Source of the DNA: an uncultured Candidatus Saccharibacteria bacterium
GTDB taxonomy: Bacteria; Patescibacteriota; Minisyncoccia; Portnoybacterales; UBA2143
Assembly (NCBI GenBank): GCA_964629675.1
Contig: CAZVUG010000010.1
Coordinates: 1 to 61,842 of the forward strand
Length of the DNA stretch: 61,842 nucleotides
Direction of reading: 5' to 3'
Shown here: in pieces, positions 27,235-37,448 of the stretch
Position numbering within the stretch: position 1 is the first letter of the stretch
How the letters are laid out: the number at the start of each line of letters is the position of its first letter
Program-made: the position numbers and the translations under genes
The notes under the pieces: model-generated
Database searches by the model: none
What the model was told of the DNA's origin: nothing
The model's input: only the letters and a program-made list of their open reading frames with translations

Positions 27235-28206
27235 ATGCTTACTCTACCATCTAAACCAAAAATTATTAAAAGCGAAGATAATAAAGCGACTTTTGAAATA
27301 GAAGCTTGTTATCCTGGTTATGGAACTACCCTAGGAAATTCCCTGCGAAGAGTTTTGCTTTCTTCTTTGCCGGGAGTGGCCATTACTGGTGTAAAGATTA
27401 AAGGAGTCCAGCATGAATTCTCAACTATTCCTCATATTTCGGAAAATGTTGTCCAAATTATTCTTAATCTTAAGCAAATCAGATTCAAGCTGCATACAGA
27501 TAAACCGGTAACAGCTACTTTAAAAGCAAAAGGCGAACAAGAAATAAAGGCAGAAAAAATAAAGACAGGCTCTTTATTGGAAATAATTAACAAAGATGCT
27601 CATATTGCTTTTTTAAACGACAAAAAAGCAGAATTAGAAATGGAAATAGAGGTAGAGCCTGGCCTAGGTTATCTGCCAACTGAAGAACGCAAGAAAAATA
27701 AATTGGAGGTGGGGAAAATTGCTATTGATGCTATTTTCAGCCCAGTCAGAAAAGTTAATTACTCAATAGACAATATGCGCGTAGGCGAAAGGACTGATTA
27801 TGATAAGTTGAAAATAAATATAGAGACAGATGGAACTATTTCTCCCAAAGATGCCTTCTTAAAAGCATCAAAAATTCTAGTTGACCATTTTAAAATTTTT
27901 ACTTTAATCCAAGAAAATAAAAAAGAATCAAAAAAAATAGTTTCTGTAAAAAAAGAGAAAAAGGTTAAAAAAGATAAAAAAAATAAAGTAGAAAAAACTG
28001 AAAAAGAAATTGTTAAAATAAAAATAGAAGATTTAAATTTATCTCCACGAGTCACTTCTTCGCTTGTTGCGGCTAAAATTAAAACAGTCGGAGGCTTAAT
28101 TAGAAAGAGTGAAAATGATTTAAAGGAATTGGAAGGATTGGGCAAAAAGGGAATTACCGAAATCAGGAGAAGTTTGGGGAAATTTGGCTTAACTCTTAAA
28201 AAATAA
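27235..28206 (+). CDS. rpoA: DNA-directed RNA polymerase alpha subunit with lysine-rich NTD-CTD linker
   Basis: GNSLRRVLLSSLPG in the NTD and LNLSPRVTSSLVAAKIKTVGGL in the CTD. The position after rpsD is the conserved one. Confidence 0.95.
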   Translation: MLTLPSKPKIIKSEDNKATFEIEACYPGYGTTLGNSLRRVLLSSLPGVAITGVKIKGVQHEFSTIPHISENVVQIILNLKQIRFKLHTDKPVTATLKAKGEQEIKAEKIKTGSLLEIINKDAHIAFLNDKKAELEMEIEVEPGLGYLPTEERKKNKLEVGKIAIDAIFSPVRKVNYSIDNMRVGERTDYDKLKINIETDGTISPKDAFLKASKILVDHFKIFTLIQENKKESKKIVSVKKEKKVKKDKKNKVEKTEKEIVKIKIEDLNLSPRVTSSLVAAKIKTVGGLIRKSENDLKELEGLGKKGITEIRRSLGKFGLTLKK

Positions 28207-28568
28207 TGCGTAATCGTAAAAAACAAAGAAAATTAGGCAGAGAGAGAGATCAAAGGAAGGCTTTACTGAAAAGTTTAGCTGCTAATTTAATATTGAAAGA
28301 AAAAATTATTACAACCGAAGCAAAAGCTAAAGAATTAAGACCTTTTGTCGAAAAACTAATTACCAAAGGAAGAAAAGCTAATTCTGAAAATAAATTATCT
28401 GAAATTAGGCAATTATCGCGTTATTTAACTCCAGCGGCAAGAAAGAAAATAGTTGACCAAATTGGTCCAGCTTATCAGCAAAGAGCAGGTGGTTATACTA
28501 GGATTATTAAATTAAATCCAAGAGAAAGGGATAACGCTAAAATGGCAGTCATCGAATTAGTAAAATAA
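28206..28568 (+). CDS. rplQ: 50S ribosomal protein L17
   Basis: KLGRERDQRKALLKSLA...GGYTRIIKL. Confidence 0.93.
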   Translation: MRNRKKQRKLGRERDQRKALLKSLAANLILKEKIITTEAKAKELRPFVEKLITKGRKANSENKLSEIRQLSRYLTPAARKKIVDQIGPAYQQRAGGYTRIIKLNPRERDNAKMAVIELVK

Positions 28569-28574
28569 TTTATT

Positions 28575-28922
28575 ATGATTATTGATGCAAAAAATCAAAT
28601 ATTAGGCAGAATGGCTACGCAAATAGCTTGTTTATTACGCGGGAAAAATGATCCTGACTTTTTGCCATATCTTGATAAAGGAAAAGAGATAACGGTAATT
28701 AATACAGACAAAATAAAAGTTACTGGGAAAAAAATGAAGCAGAAAATTTATGCTCATCATTCTGGTTATCCAGGAGGAATAAAGGAAATTCCTTTGGAAA
28801 AAATGATGGAGAAAGATTCTCGCGAAGTTATTAAAAAAGCAGTCTACGGAATGTTGCCTAAAAATAAACTGAGAGACAAAATGATTAAAAGATTAACATT
28901 ATACAAAGAAGAAATAAAATAA
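28575..28922 (+). CDS. rplM: 50S ribosomal protein L13 (short)
   Basis: IDAKNQILGRMATQIA...HHSGYPGG...AVYGMLPKNKL. Confidence 0.9.
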   Translation: MIIDAKNQILGRMATQIACLLRGKNDPDFLPYLDKGKEITVINTDKIKVTGKKMKQKIYAHHSGYPGGIKEIPLEKMMEKDSREVIKKAVYGMLPKNKLRDKMIKRLTLYKEEIK

Positions 28923-28926
28923 TTAA

Positions 28927-29379
28927 ATGGCAAATATTAAAGAAAAACCAATTAAGAAAGTAAAGAAAACGCTCAAAACATATTGCCAAGCAGTTGGCAG
29001 ACGCAAAGAGTCAGTTGCTCGCATCCGCCTTTTTACTTGTTCTCCTTTTGAAAAAGAAGAAGGCAAAATAATTATTAACAGTAAGCCTTATACTGATTTT
29101 TTCTCTTTGGAAGAAATGCAAAAAATAGTAGTTTCTCCATTAAGAAGAATGAAATCGATTAATCGATTTGAGGTAATAGCTCAAGTTAAAGGTGGCGGCA
29201 TGAAGGGCCAAGCAGAGGCTATTCGCCACGGACTTTCAAGAGCTTTAGTTAAATTTAATTCTGATTTCTCAAAAAAATTAAAAAGAGCTGGTTATCTCAG
29301 CAGGGATTCCCGCAAAAAAGAAAGAAAAAAACCTGGACTGAAAAAAGCCAGGAGAGCTCCACAATGGAGAAAGAGATAA
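28927..29379 (+). CDS. rpsI: 30S ribosomal protein S9
   Basis: GRRKESVARIRL...GGGMKGQAEAIRHGLSRAL...RDSRKKERKKPGLKKARRAPQWRKR. Confidence 0.95.
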   Translation: MANIKEKPIKKVKKTLKTYCQAVGRRKESVARIRLFTCSPFEKEEGKIIINSKPYTDFFSLEEMQKIVVSPLRRMKSINRFEVIAQVKGGGMKGQAEAIRHGLSRALVKFNSDFSKKLKRAGYLSRDSRKKERKKPGLKKARRAPQWRKR

Positions 29380-29380
29380 T

Positions 29381-30337
29381 TTATTTTGTGTTCAGAGAAA
29401 ATTTTAGTAATTTTTCTTTTCTAACTAAATAGAAACATTTTTCTTTCGAAGTATATATTATTTGATCTGTGCCAAATTTAAATAACTCAGTAATATTTCC
29501 TTGTTCTTGGTTAATTTCAATAATTTGGATTGATTCTTTTGTCGAAAAGACGACGTGATGTTCATTATAAAAAATAGCTTGTTGGATTTCCTGAGATAAG
29601 CGAGTAGCGAGTTGGCAAAAATTATTTTCTGAATGGTAAATCCAAATCTCGGAAGAAGTAAAATAAAGCAACTTTCCTTCATCTGAAAAAACGGCTTGCT
29701 TAACCTTGCCGCTAATTAATTCAAAAATCTTGTTTTCGGGATTAAATAGATAAAGATTTCCTTTCTCATCCAGAACAGCTATTTTTTCTTGGGGAGAAAT
29801 AATAATTTGATAATTTTCTGATTCAGGCAAAGGCGTTAAATTAATTTGCTGTTGAGATAAATCATCAGCATTTTTTTTATAAAGAATATAACTTGGTTTT
29901 TGTAAAAAGAAATTAGCGGAATATTTATTTTGATTTAAAAAATCTGCTAAATAAAAATCTTTTTCTAAATTTTCCCGAATTATCTCAAAATCAATACAGG
30001 AAGGTATTAAAAGAATATTTTTTACTTCAGTAACCAACTTTGATTTTATCTTTAATTTTTTTTGCCAAGGATGGAAACCTTCTTTAATTACTTCTACTTG
30101 GTATTCTTTAGGAAGAAGATGTTTTAAAAAAGCAGGAGTTTCTCCTTTTTTCTTGCCGTTAATAAAAATTTCAGCTTCTTTAGGAACAGACCTAAGATAA
30201 AGAGCGCCGGTTAAAACCGGTTTTTTTTCTTGCCAATCAAAGCTATACCCCCAGGCATAAAAAAGAATTACCGGAGTAAATAGGATAAAAAAAATAATTG
30301 CTAAAGAAAGAAGAATTTTTCGGCTACGCTGACTCAT
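29381..30337 (-). CDS. membrane-anchored PEGA-domain protein
   Basis: N-terminal TM, then a PEGA-like module (VPKEAEIFINGKKKGETP...YQVEVIKEGFHPW) and a beta-rich C-terminus. Confidence 0.6.
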   Translation of the reverse strand: MSQRSRKILLSLAIIFFILFTPVILFYAWGYSFDWQEKKPVLTGALYLRSVPKEAEIFINGKKKGETPAFLKHLLPKEYQVEVIKEGFHPWQKKLKIKSKLVTEVKNILLIPSCIDFEIIRENLEKDFYLADFLNQNKYSANFFLQKPSYILYKKNADDLSQQQINLTPLPESENYQIIISPQEKIAVLDEKGNLYLFNPENKIFELISGKVKQAVFSDEGKLLYFTSSEIWIYHSENNFCQLATRLSQEIQQAIFYNEHHVVFSTKESIQIIEINQEQGNITELFKFGTDQIIYTSKEKCFYLVRKEKLLKFSLNTK

Positions 30338-30423
30338 ATTATGATTATAGTAGAGTTATTGGCAATGGTCAATTTATTCTCCTTCTTGTAAAATCAGATA
30401 AATTAGTTTAGGATATAAATATC

Positions 30424-31683
30424 ATGGAAAGATTTGTTATTAAAGGCGGCAAGCTCCTCCAGGGAGAAATTAAAGTTAAAGGAGCAAAAAATGCTGCTTT
30501 AAAAATTTTAGCGGCCTCTCTTTTAAGCAATAAAAATTTTACAATTTCTAATGTTCCGCAAATCGAAGATGTCTTTTGCCTTTTAGATTTAATGAAAAAC
30601 GCCGGATCGGATATTGATAATATTTCGCCTTCTATCTATAGAGTTGAAACGAAAAATATAAAAAATGTTCACTTAAAATCAGGCATCAGCCAGAGATTAA
30701 AAGGGTCTATTTTAATGGCAGCACCGCTTTTGGTCAGAAAAGGAGAAGTCTTTTTGCCTCGTCCAGGGGGATGTGTTATCGGCCAGCGGCCGCGTGATAT
30801 TTTCCTAGATGGTTTTGAAGCATTTGGCGCTAAAGTTAGAGAAAATAAGGAAGGATATCATTTAACTGCTAAAAAATTAAAAGGAACCAAATTTATTTTC
30901 CCTTTAATAAGTGTTACGGCTACTGAGACAATGATTCTAACAGCAGTTATGGCAGAAGGAAAAACTATTCTAAAGAATAGCGCCTGCGAGCCGGAAATTG
31001 TCTCTTTGGCTGATTTTCTTAATAAAGCTGGCGCTAGAATTAAAGGTGTCGGCACGCCGACAATTGAGATTGAAGGAGTTAAATCTTTAAATGGCGTTTC
31101 AACAAAAATAATTCCAGACAGAATTGAGTCAGGCAGCTTCATTATCTTGGGAGCTGCTAGTCATAGCCCGATTAAAATAAGCGGCCTTGAGCCAAACCAC
31201 TTAGAAGTTCTTTGGAGTTTTTTAAAAAGAGTCGGAGTTAATTTAGAAATAGGCAAAGATTATGTTAAAATTAAACCTCCTTTTAGGTTAAAATCTACTA
31301 ATTTAAAAACTCATGAATATCCAGGCTTTCCTACTGATTTGCAGGCACCTTTTACTGTTTTGATGACACAAAGCAAAGGTGTTTCTTTGATTCATGAAAC
31401 TATTTTTGAAGGACGCTTGTTTTACACCGATACTTTGAATCAAATGGGAGCTAAAATTATCATGGCTGATCCGCACAGGGTTATTATCCAGGGACCTACT
31501 AAATTGCAGGGCCGTTATATGATCAGCCCTGATATTAGAGCAGGTATTGCTTTGCTAATTGCTGCTTTAATTGCTAAAGGAGAATCAATTATTGAAAATA
31601 TTTATCAAATTGACCGAGGGTATGAAAATATTGAGGGAAGATTGCAAGAATTAGGTGCCGATATTAAAAGAATTAATAATTAA
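30424..31683 (+). CDS. murA: UDP-N-acetylglucosamine 1-carboxyvinyltransferase
   Basis: 419 aa; KGAKNAALKILAASLL, active-site loop PGGCVIGQRPRD, and GFPTDLQAPF. Confidence 0.95.
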   Translation: MERFVIKGGKLLQGEIKVKGAKNAALKILAASLLSNKNFTISNVPQIEDVFCLLDLMKNAGSDIDNISPSIYRVETKNIKNVHLKSGISQRLKGSILMAAPLLVRKGEVFLPRPGGCVIGQRPRDIFLDGFEAFGAKVRENKEGYHLTAKKLKGTKFIFPLISVTATETMILTAVMAEGKTILKNSACEPEIVSLADFLNKAGARIKGVGTPTIEIEGVKSLNGVSTKIIPDRIESGSFIILGAASHSPIKISGLEPNHLEVLWSFLKRVGVNLEIGKDYVKIKPPFRLKSTNLKTHEYPGFPTDLQAPFTVLMTQSKGVSLIHETIFEGRLFYTDTLNQMGAKIIMADPHRVIIQGPTKLQGRYMISPDIRAGIALLIAALIAKGESIIENIYQIDRGYENIEGRLQELGADIKRINN

Positions 31684-31685
31684 AT

Positions 31686-32687
31686 ATGAAAAAAATAGGC
31701 ATAGATTTAGGCACAGCTAATACTCTGGTATACCTTTCTAAAAAAGGGATAGTTATTAATGAGCCTACAGTAGTAGCTGTTTCAATTGAAGATAACAGAA
31801 TTTTAGCTATAGGTAATGAAGCTAAAAATATGTTAGGCCGGGCGCCAGAGATTATTACGGTTTATCGCCCTCTGAAAGATGGAGTTATTGCTAATTATCG
31901 GGTAACTGAAGCAATGCTTCGTTATTTTATCAGAAAAGTTTTAGGAAAGATGAAATTTTTCCGGCCAGAAGTAATGATATCAGTTCCGGCAGGCATTACT
32001 TCTACCGAAAGAAGAGCAGTTATTGAGGCAGCAACTAAAGCCGGAGCAAAAAATGCTTATGTTGTTAAAGAGCCAATTCTGGCAGCTATTGGCGCTGGTC
32101 TGCCAATAAATGAGGCTAATGGGCAAATGATTGTTGATATTGGAGGTGGCACTTCAGAGATGGCTGTTATTTCTTTAGGTGGCATTGTCTCTTGCGCTTC
32201 AGCTAGAATAGGCGGAGATAAAATTTCGCAAGCTATTAGTGAATATATCCGGAAAGAATATAATTTGGCAATTGGTGAAAGCACTGCCGAAAAAATTAAA
32301 ATTAAAATTGGTAATGCTCTTTTGCAAAAACAGGAAGATTCTTTGAAAATCCAAGGCCGTGGTTTGCTAGACGGCTTGCCAAAATCAATTGAAGTTAAAA
32401 GCAATGAAATAACTGAAAGTATTTCCGAGGAACTGCAGGAAATTATTAAGGCTATCAAAAGCGTATTGCAAGAAACGCCACCGGAATTGGTTGCGGATAT
32501 TATTAATGGCGGAATGGTTTTGAGCGGCGGTGGATCTTTACTTAAAGGCTTGGATAGATTAATTACGGAAGCAACCGGAGTACCTTGCCGATTAGCCAAA
32601 GATCCTTGTTTGTGCGTAGCTAAAGGGACTGGCCTGGCTTTGGAACATTTAGAGATTTACAAAAGAAGCATCATGTCCAAAAAATAA
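31686..32687 (+). CDS. mreB: rod shape-determining actin homologue MreB (copy 1)
   Basis: IGIDLGTANTLVY, MIVDIGGGTSEMAVISLGG, MVLSGGGSLLKGLD. Confidence 0.93.
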   Translation: MKKIGIDLGTANTLVYLSKKGIVINEPTVVAVSIEDNRILAIGNEAKNMLGRAPEIITVYRPLKDGVIANYRVTEAMLRYFIRKVLGKMKFFRPEVMISVPAGITSTERRAVIEAATKAGAKNAYVVKEPILAAIGAGLPINEANGQMIVDIGGGTSEMAVISLGGIVSCASARIGGDKISQAISEYIRKEYNLAIGESTAEKIKIKIGNALLQKQEDSLKIQGRGLLDGLPKSIEVKSNEITESISEELQEIIKAIKSVLQETPPELVADIINGGMVLSGGGSLLKGLDRLITEATGVPCRLAKDPCLCVAKGTGLALEHLEIYKRSIMSKK

Positions 32688-32693
32688 CTTTTT

Positions 32694-33704
32694 ATGTTGA
32701 TTGGTATTAATGCTGAAGCTGCATTTAAAAAACCTAAAACCGGAGTAGAAGAATATACTAGCCAATTAGTTAATCGTTTGAGTTTGTTGGCAGAAAGCAG
32801 AGGGCATCAAGTTGTTTTATACAGCCGTCATAATTTAAAATGGCCTTTGCCAATGTGGACGCAAATTAGATTATCTGCAGAAATGAAAATGAGAAAGCCA
32901 GATGTTCTTTTTATCCCAGTGCATGTGCTGCCTTTAATTCATCCGCAAAATTCAGTAGTGACTATTCATGGATTAGAATACGAATATTATCCAAAAATGT
33001 ATCCTTGGCGCCATTTGAAATATATTCGCTGGAGTACGAAATATGCTTTGAAAAATGCCCGAAAAATTATTGCTGTCTCAGAAAACACTAAGAGCGATTT
33101 ATTAAAATTTTATAACGGTGATGCAAAAAAAATAGAAGTGGTTTATCATGGATATAGTTTAAAAGATAATATCAAAAAACCAACAATAACCCAGAAAAAT
33201 CCTTTTATTCTTTTTATCGGCCGTTTAGAAGCTAAAAAGAATATTCAAGGATTAATTAAAGCTTTCAGCTTTTTAAAAAATAAATATAAGATTCCTCATC
33301 AATTAATCCTGGCTGGCCATCGAGGTTATGGCTATCGGCCAATTAATTGCAAAGATGTTATTGAAAAAGGCTATATCAGCGATCAAAAAAAATGGCAATT
33401 GCTTCAAGAAGCAGACGCTTTTGCCTTTCCTTCATTTTACGAAGGATTCGGCTTGCCTATTTTAGAAGCACAGTCAGCCGGCTGTCCGGTTATTGCTTCT
33501 AATGTTTCTTCTCTGCCTGAAGTAGCTGGAGAAGGAGCAATCCTAGTTGATCCAAAAAATATTGAACAAATTGCTCAAGCGTTGTATAAAATTATTAGCG
33601 ATCAGCAGCTTAAAGAAAATTTAGTAAGAAAAGGCAAAATGAATATTCAAAGATTTTCTTGGCAAAAATGCGCTCAGGAAACCTTGCAAGTGTTAGAAAA
33701 ATGA
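32694..33704 (+). CDS. glycosyltransferase family 4 (GT-B fold)
   Basis: C-terminal EX7E region PSFYEGFGLPILEAQSAGCPVIAS. Confidence 0.8.
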   Translation: MLIGINAEAAFKKPKTGVEEYTSQLVNRLSLLAESRGHQVVLYSRHNLKWPLPMWTQIRLSAEMKMRKPDVLFIPVHVLPLIHPQNSVVTIHGLEYEYYPKMYPWRHLKYIRWSTKYALKNARKIIAVSENTKSDLLKFYNGDAKKIEVVYHGYSLKDNIKKPTITQKNPFILFIGRLEAKKNIQGLIKAFSFLKNKYKIPHQLILAGHRGYGYRPINCKDVIEKGYISDQKKWQLLQEADAFAFPSFYEGFGLPILEAQSAGCPVIASNVSSLPEVAGEGAILVDPKNIEQIAQALYKIISDQQLKENLVRKGKMNIQRFSWQKCAQETLQVLEK

Positions 33705-34804
33705 AAATAGCTTTAGTTCACGATTATCTAATTCGTTTTGGAGGGGCAGAGAGGGTTTTTTTAAGTTTGCAAAAAATATTTCCGCAAGCTGAAATTTTTA
33801 CCTTAATTTATAATAAAAAAGGAATGAACCAATATTTTCCTGCTTCTAAGGTTCAGACTTCTTTCTTGCAAAAATTTCCTTGGGTTTTGAAATACTATCG
33901 TTTCTTAGCTCCTTTAATTCCCTCAGCAGTAGAGTCGCTTGATTTAAGAGATTTTAATTTAGTCATTTCCTCTTCAAGCGCTTTTATTAAAGGCTTAATA
34001 CTAAGACCCCAGGCAATTCATATCTGCTATTGTCATAATCCAGCCCGTTTCCTTTGGGATTATTCAGAAAAATATGATGGCGGACCAGTTTTTTTAAAAA
34101 AATTGCTTTTTCATTATTTAAGAATTTGGGATAGATCAGCTGCTGGCCGAGTTGATTATTTTATTGCTAATTCGCAGATTACTGCTCAGAGAATTAAGAA
34201 ATATTACGGAAGGCCTGCAGAAGTTATTTATCCACCAGTTAACCTGCCTCATTTTAACAATATTAATAATAGCGCCAAAAAAACCAGCGATTATTTTTTA
34301 ATTGTCTCTCAATTAACTCCTTACAAAATGATTGATTTGGCTATTGATGCTTTTAATAAATTGGAACTGCCTTTAATAATTATTGGTCAAGGAAGAGATG
34401 GCAAAAGATTAAAAAAAATGGCCGGGCCTAATGTTAAGCTTTTAGGTTGGCAGCCAGATGAAATAGTTAAAGATTATTTGAAAAATTGTACTGCTTTAAT
34501 TTTTCCCGGAGAAGATGATTTTGGCATTACTCCGGTTGAAGCAATGGGTTTTGGAAAACCAGTTCTAGCCTTTAGAAAAGGCGGAGCAACAGAAACAATT
34601 TTAGAGGGGATTACGGGAGAATTTTTTGACGATCTCTGTCCAGAATCTTTGGCTGACGGAGTCCGGCGCTTAAGAATGAATTTAAAAAATTATAGTCCTT
34701 TATTAATTAATAAAAGAGCGCAAAAATTTTCTTCGGAAAGGTTTGAAAAATCAATTAAAGAGTTCATCATTAAAGCTGTTGAGGAAAGAAAAAAAGAATG
34801 GTAA
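33701..34804 (+). CDS. glycosyltransferase family 4 (GT-B fold)
   Basis: MKIALVHDYL...GGAERV N-terminus and PGEDDFGITPVEAMGFGKPVLAF. I chose the ATG at 33701, which makes an ATGA overlap with the upstream stop, rather than the track start at 33659. Confidence 0.8.
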   Translation: MKIALVHDYLIRFGGAERVFLSLQKIFPQAEIFTLIYNKKGMNQYFPASKVQTSFLQKFPWVLKYYRFLAPLIPSAVESLDLRDFNLVISSSSAFIKGLILRPQAIHICYCHNPARFLWDYSEKYDGGPVFLKKLLFHYLRIWDRSAAGRVDYFIANSQITAQRIKKYYGRPAEVIYPPVNLPHFNNINNSAKKTSDYFLIVSQLTPYKMIDLAIDAFNKLELPLIIIGQGRDGKRLKKMAGPNVKLLGWQPDEIVKDYLKNCTALIFPGEDDFGITPVEAMGFGKPVLAFRKGGATETILEGITGEFFDDLCPESLADGVRRLRMNLKNYSPLLINKRAQKFSSERFEKSIKEFIIKAVEERKKEW

Positions 34805-34813
34805 AATTATATT

Positions 34814-35722
34814 ATGATTATTGGCCATCAAAGAATTTTGGATTTTTTGAAAAAAAGCGCGGAAAATGATAATTTATCTCACGCCTATTTATTTACCGGC
34901 TCAAGCCATCTGGGTAAAAAAACAATAGCTTGGGAATTTATCAAAATATTAATTCCGCAAATTAGCAATGATCTGCAAAAACAAAAATCTCATCCTGATA
35001 TTTTAATAGTAGATTCAGAAAAGATTATTAGCATCGGCCAAGTTAGAAAAATTCAGCATCAAATTAGCTTGTTCCCTTATAAGGCAGACTATAAGGTAGT
35101 TTTAATTAAAAAAGCTGATAAGATGACTGCCGAAGCCGGTAATTGCCTTTTAAAAACATTAGAAGAGCCGCCGGGAAAAGCAATCTTAATTTTAGTAACT
35201 GCTTATCCTAAATTAATTCTGCCAACAATTTATTCCCGTTGCCAAATAATAAATTTTCTGCCAGTCTCGGAAGAAGAATTAGAAAAATCAATGGTAAATT
35301 TCGAGAATAAAGATTTAAAAAAATTTATCCGTTTAGCTAATGGAAGGCCAGGTTTAGTCTTAAAATACTTAAAGAAACCTGATCTTATCCAATTTCAAAA
35401 TAAAACTATTAATCAATTAGAAACTTTACTAAGAGGCAATTTGAAGCAATCTTATCAAGTGGCGGAAGAAATGTCTAAAGATATTCCAAAATCACAAGAA
35501 ATTTTAAATCAATGGCTTTTTTGGTTTAGGGATTTATTATTATTTGCAACAGGCTGCTCTCATTTAGTAATTAATCAAGAATTAATCAAATATCAGAATT
35601 GCTATTCCTTGCCTAAATTAAAAAGTATTATTAATAATATTCAAAAAACAAAAAATCTTTTGACTAATTCTAGCATTAATGCTCGCCTTGCATTGGAAGC
35701 GTTAATGTTAGAATTAAACTAA
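34814..35722 (+). CDS. holB: DNA polymerase III delta-prime subunit
   Basis: HAYLFTGSSHLGKKT, NCLLKTLEEPP and SRCQ motifs. Confidence 0.85.
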   Translation: MIIGHQRILDFLKKSAENDNLSHAYLFTGSSHLGKKTIAWEFIKILIPQISNDLQKQKSHPDILIVDSEKIISIGQVRKIQHQISLFPYKADYKVVLIKKADKMTAEAGNCLLKTLEEPPGKAILILVTAYPKLILPTIYSRCQIINFLPVSEEELEKSMVNFENKDLKKFIRLANGRPGLVLKYLKKPDLIQFQNKTINQLETLLRGNLKQSYQVAEEMSKDIPKSQEILNQWLFWFRDLLLFATGCSHLVINQELIKYQNCYSLPKLKSIINNIQKTKNLLTNSSINARLALEALMLELN

Positions 35723-35723
35723 C

Positions 35724-36776
35724 ATGAAAAAAACTCTTTTTATTGCTGTTCCTTTATTTGCCCTATTAACTTTTTCCCCTTTAGACTGCCAGGAAAAAAT
35801 TAATGATGCCGGAGTTTATTTATCAAAAGATAGGGGAGAAAAGTGGGAGCAAGTAGCTGTCAAAGAGCCAAAGATGTCGATTAACTCTTTAAATATTCTT
35901 AGCTTAGTTATTGATCCAAATAATCCGTTTAATCTCTATCTGGGAACTGAAGGAAATGGTATTTATAAAAGCTGCTGCCGTGGGGATAATTGGTATAAAT
36001 TAGAAGATAAAAATGGTTTTCTTTCAGAAAGGGCTAATATACATGATATTGCCATTGACCCTAATAATTCTGACCGTATTTATCTAGGTGTTTACCAAGA
36101 TAAAAAAGGCAGGGTTCTCAGAAGCCAGGATAGCGGAGAATCGTGGGAAGAAGTCTATGTTGTTTCTAAGGAGAAATATGCTGTTTTCGCAGTGGCTGTC
36201 GACAGCTATGATCCGGCTATTGTCTATATGGGGACGGCTCAAGGAGGATTTTTAAAAAGTACTGATTATGGAAAATCTTGGAAAATAATGAAGTGGTTTG
36301 ATGATGTTATTTCAGATATCGTTATTAATCCTCAAGACACAAGAATAGTTTATGTTAGTACTTTTAAAGAAGGAATTTACAAGACAACTGACAAAGGAGA
36401 GACTTGGCAATCATTTGAAGAATCTCTTAAAGAATTCAAGCAAGGGAAAAATGTAGAAAAATTAGTTATTGATACCCGAAGGCCTAATATTATTTATGCT
36501 GGTTCAGAATATGGATTATTGATTTCTAAAAATAGCGGTGATTCTTGGGAAGAAGTTAAAATTATTATGCCGCCAAAATCACAGCCGGTTTTAAGCTTGG
36601 CAGTTGAACCGCAAAATACAGATCATTTATATTATGGAGCCGGGCCTATCTTGTATCGAAGCTTAGATCAAGGAGAAAACTGGACAGTCCACGAAGTTAG
36701 GAGTAAAAATAGTATTAATGAAATTGCTATTGATCCGGAAAATCCAGAAAGAATTTATGTTGGCATGAAAAAATAA
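35724..36776 (+). CDS. secreted/lipoprotein BNR (Asp-box) repeat beta-propeller protein
   Basis: Six SxDxGxxW repeats (SKDRGEKW, SQDSGESW, STDYGKSW, TTDKGETW, SKNSGDSW, SLDQGENW). The signal peptide has a Cys at ...PLDC. Confidence 0.75.
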   Translation: MKKTLFIAVPLFALLTFSPLDCQEKINDAGVYLSKDRGEKWEQVAVKEPKMSINSLNILSLVIDPNNPFNLYLGTEGNGIYKSCCRGDNWYKLEDKNGFLSERANIHDIAIDPNNSDRIYLGVYQDKKGRVLRSQDSGESWEEVYVVSKEKYAVFAVAVDSYDPAIVYMGTAQGGFLKSTDYGKSWKIMKWFDDVISDIVINPQDTRIVYVSTFKEGIYKTTDKGETWQSFEESLKEFKQGKNVEKLVIDTRRPNIIYAGSEYGLLISKNSGDSWEEVKIIMPPKSQPVLSLAVEPQNTDHLYYGAGPILYRSLDQGENWTVHEVRSKNSINEIAIDPENPERIYVGMKK

Positions 36777-36780
36777 TTAT

Positions 36781-37338
36781 ATGGATAAAAAAATAATTGA
36801 CAATATTAGACCCGAATTAGATAAAACGATTGATTATTTTAAACAAGAAACTTCTGCTTTGCAGGCAGGTAGAGAAATGCCAGCTTTATTGGCAGATTTA
36901 GAAATAGATTGTTATGGCCAAAAAATGCCCTTAAAACAATTGGGAACTATCCAGAATCCTGAGCCGAGATTAATTATAATTCAGCCTTGGGATAAAAGCA
37001 TTCTTAAAGATATCGAAAGCACGATTAGAAACTCAAATTTAGATTTATCTCCAATTATGGAGAGCGACTCAATTAGGATTAAAATTCCTTCCTTAACTGA
37101 GGAAAGGCGACGTGAATTAATTAAAATTCTTCAAGAAAAAACAGAAGAATGTCGGATAAGTATTCGCAGGCAAAGGGAAGATGTTTGGAAAAAAATTCAA
37201 GAAATGGAAAAAAATAAAGAAATTTCTGAAGATGATAAATTTAAGGCAAAAGATGAATTACAAAAAGTAATTGAAGAATATAACAAAAAAATAGAAGAAA
37301 TGAAAAAGAAAAAGGAAGATAATCTTATGAAAGTTTAA
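36781..37338 (+). CDS. frr: ribosome recycling factor
   Basis: 185 aa; ...IQPWDKS...IRIKIPSLTEERRRELIK...IRRQRED. Confidence 0.95.
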   Translation: MDKKIIDNIRPELDKTIDYFKQETSALQAGREMPALLADLEIDCYGQKMPLKQLGTIQNPEPRLIIIQPWDKSILKDIESTIRNSNLDLSPIMESDSIRIKIPSLTEERRRELIKILQEKTEECRISIRRQREDVWKKIQEMEKNKEISEDDKFKAKDELQKVIEEYNKKIEEMKKKKEDNLMKV

Positions 37339-37448
37339 AATCAGCCTAAATATTTTTGACAAAATCTTTAGAATAATGTATTTTAATAAAAAGAAAATTT
37401 ATCAGCAAAAAAAGTAACTTTTAATTAAAACGAAAAAAGGAGGAAAAA

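Noticed and set aside
32057-32599. 180-aa antisense ORF inside mreB copy 1. Similar antisense or alternative-frame ORFs occur at 331-531, 2335-2613, 4135-4347, 7143-7334, 8601-8921, 10740-11079, 12248-12790, 14688-14909, 17920-18581, 18813-19001, 20089-20283, 25961-26170, 27798-28226, 29458-29682, 30858-31142, 40211-40393, 40742-41752, 49394-50050, 52483-52665, 53531-53827, 57256-57453, 57703-57912, 59931-60184 and 60868-61071.
   Set aside because: Each overlaps a gene with unmistakable family motifs on the other strand or frame. None has a start context or terminator of its own. Their sequences are low-complexity mirrors of the real frame.
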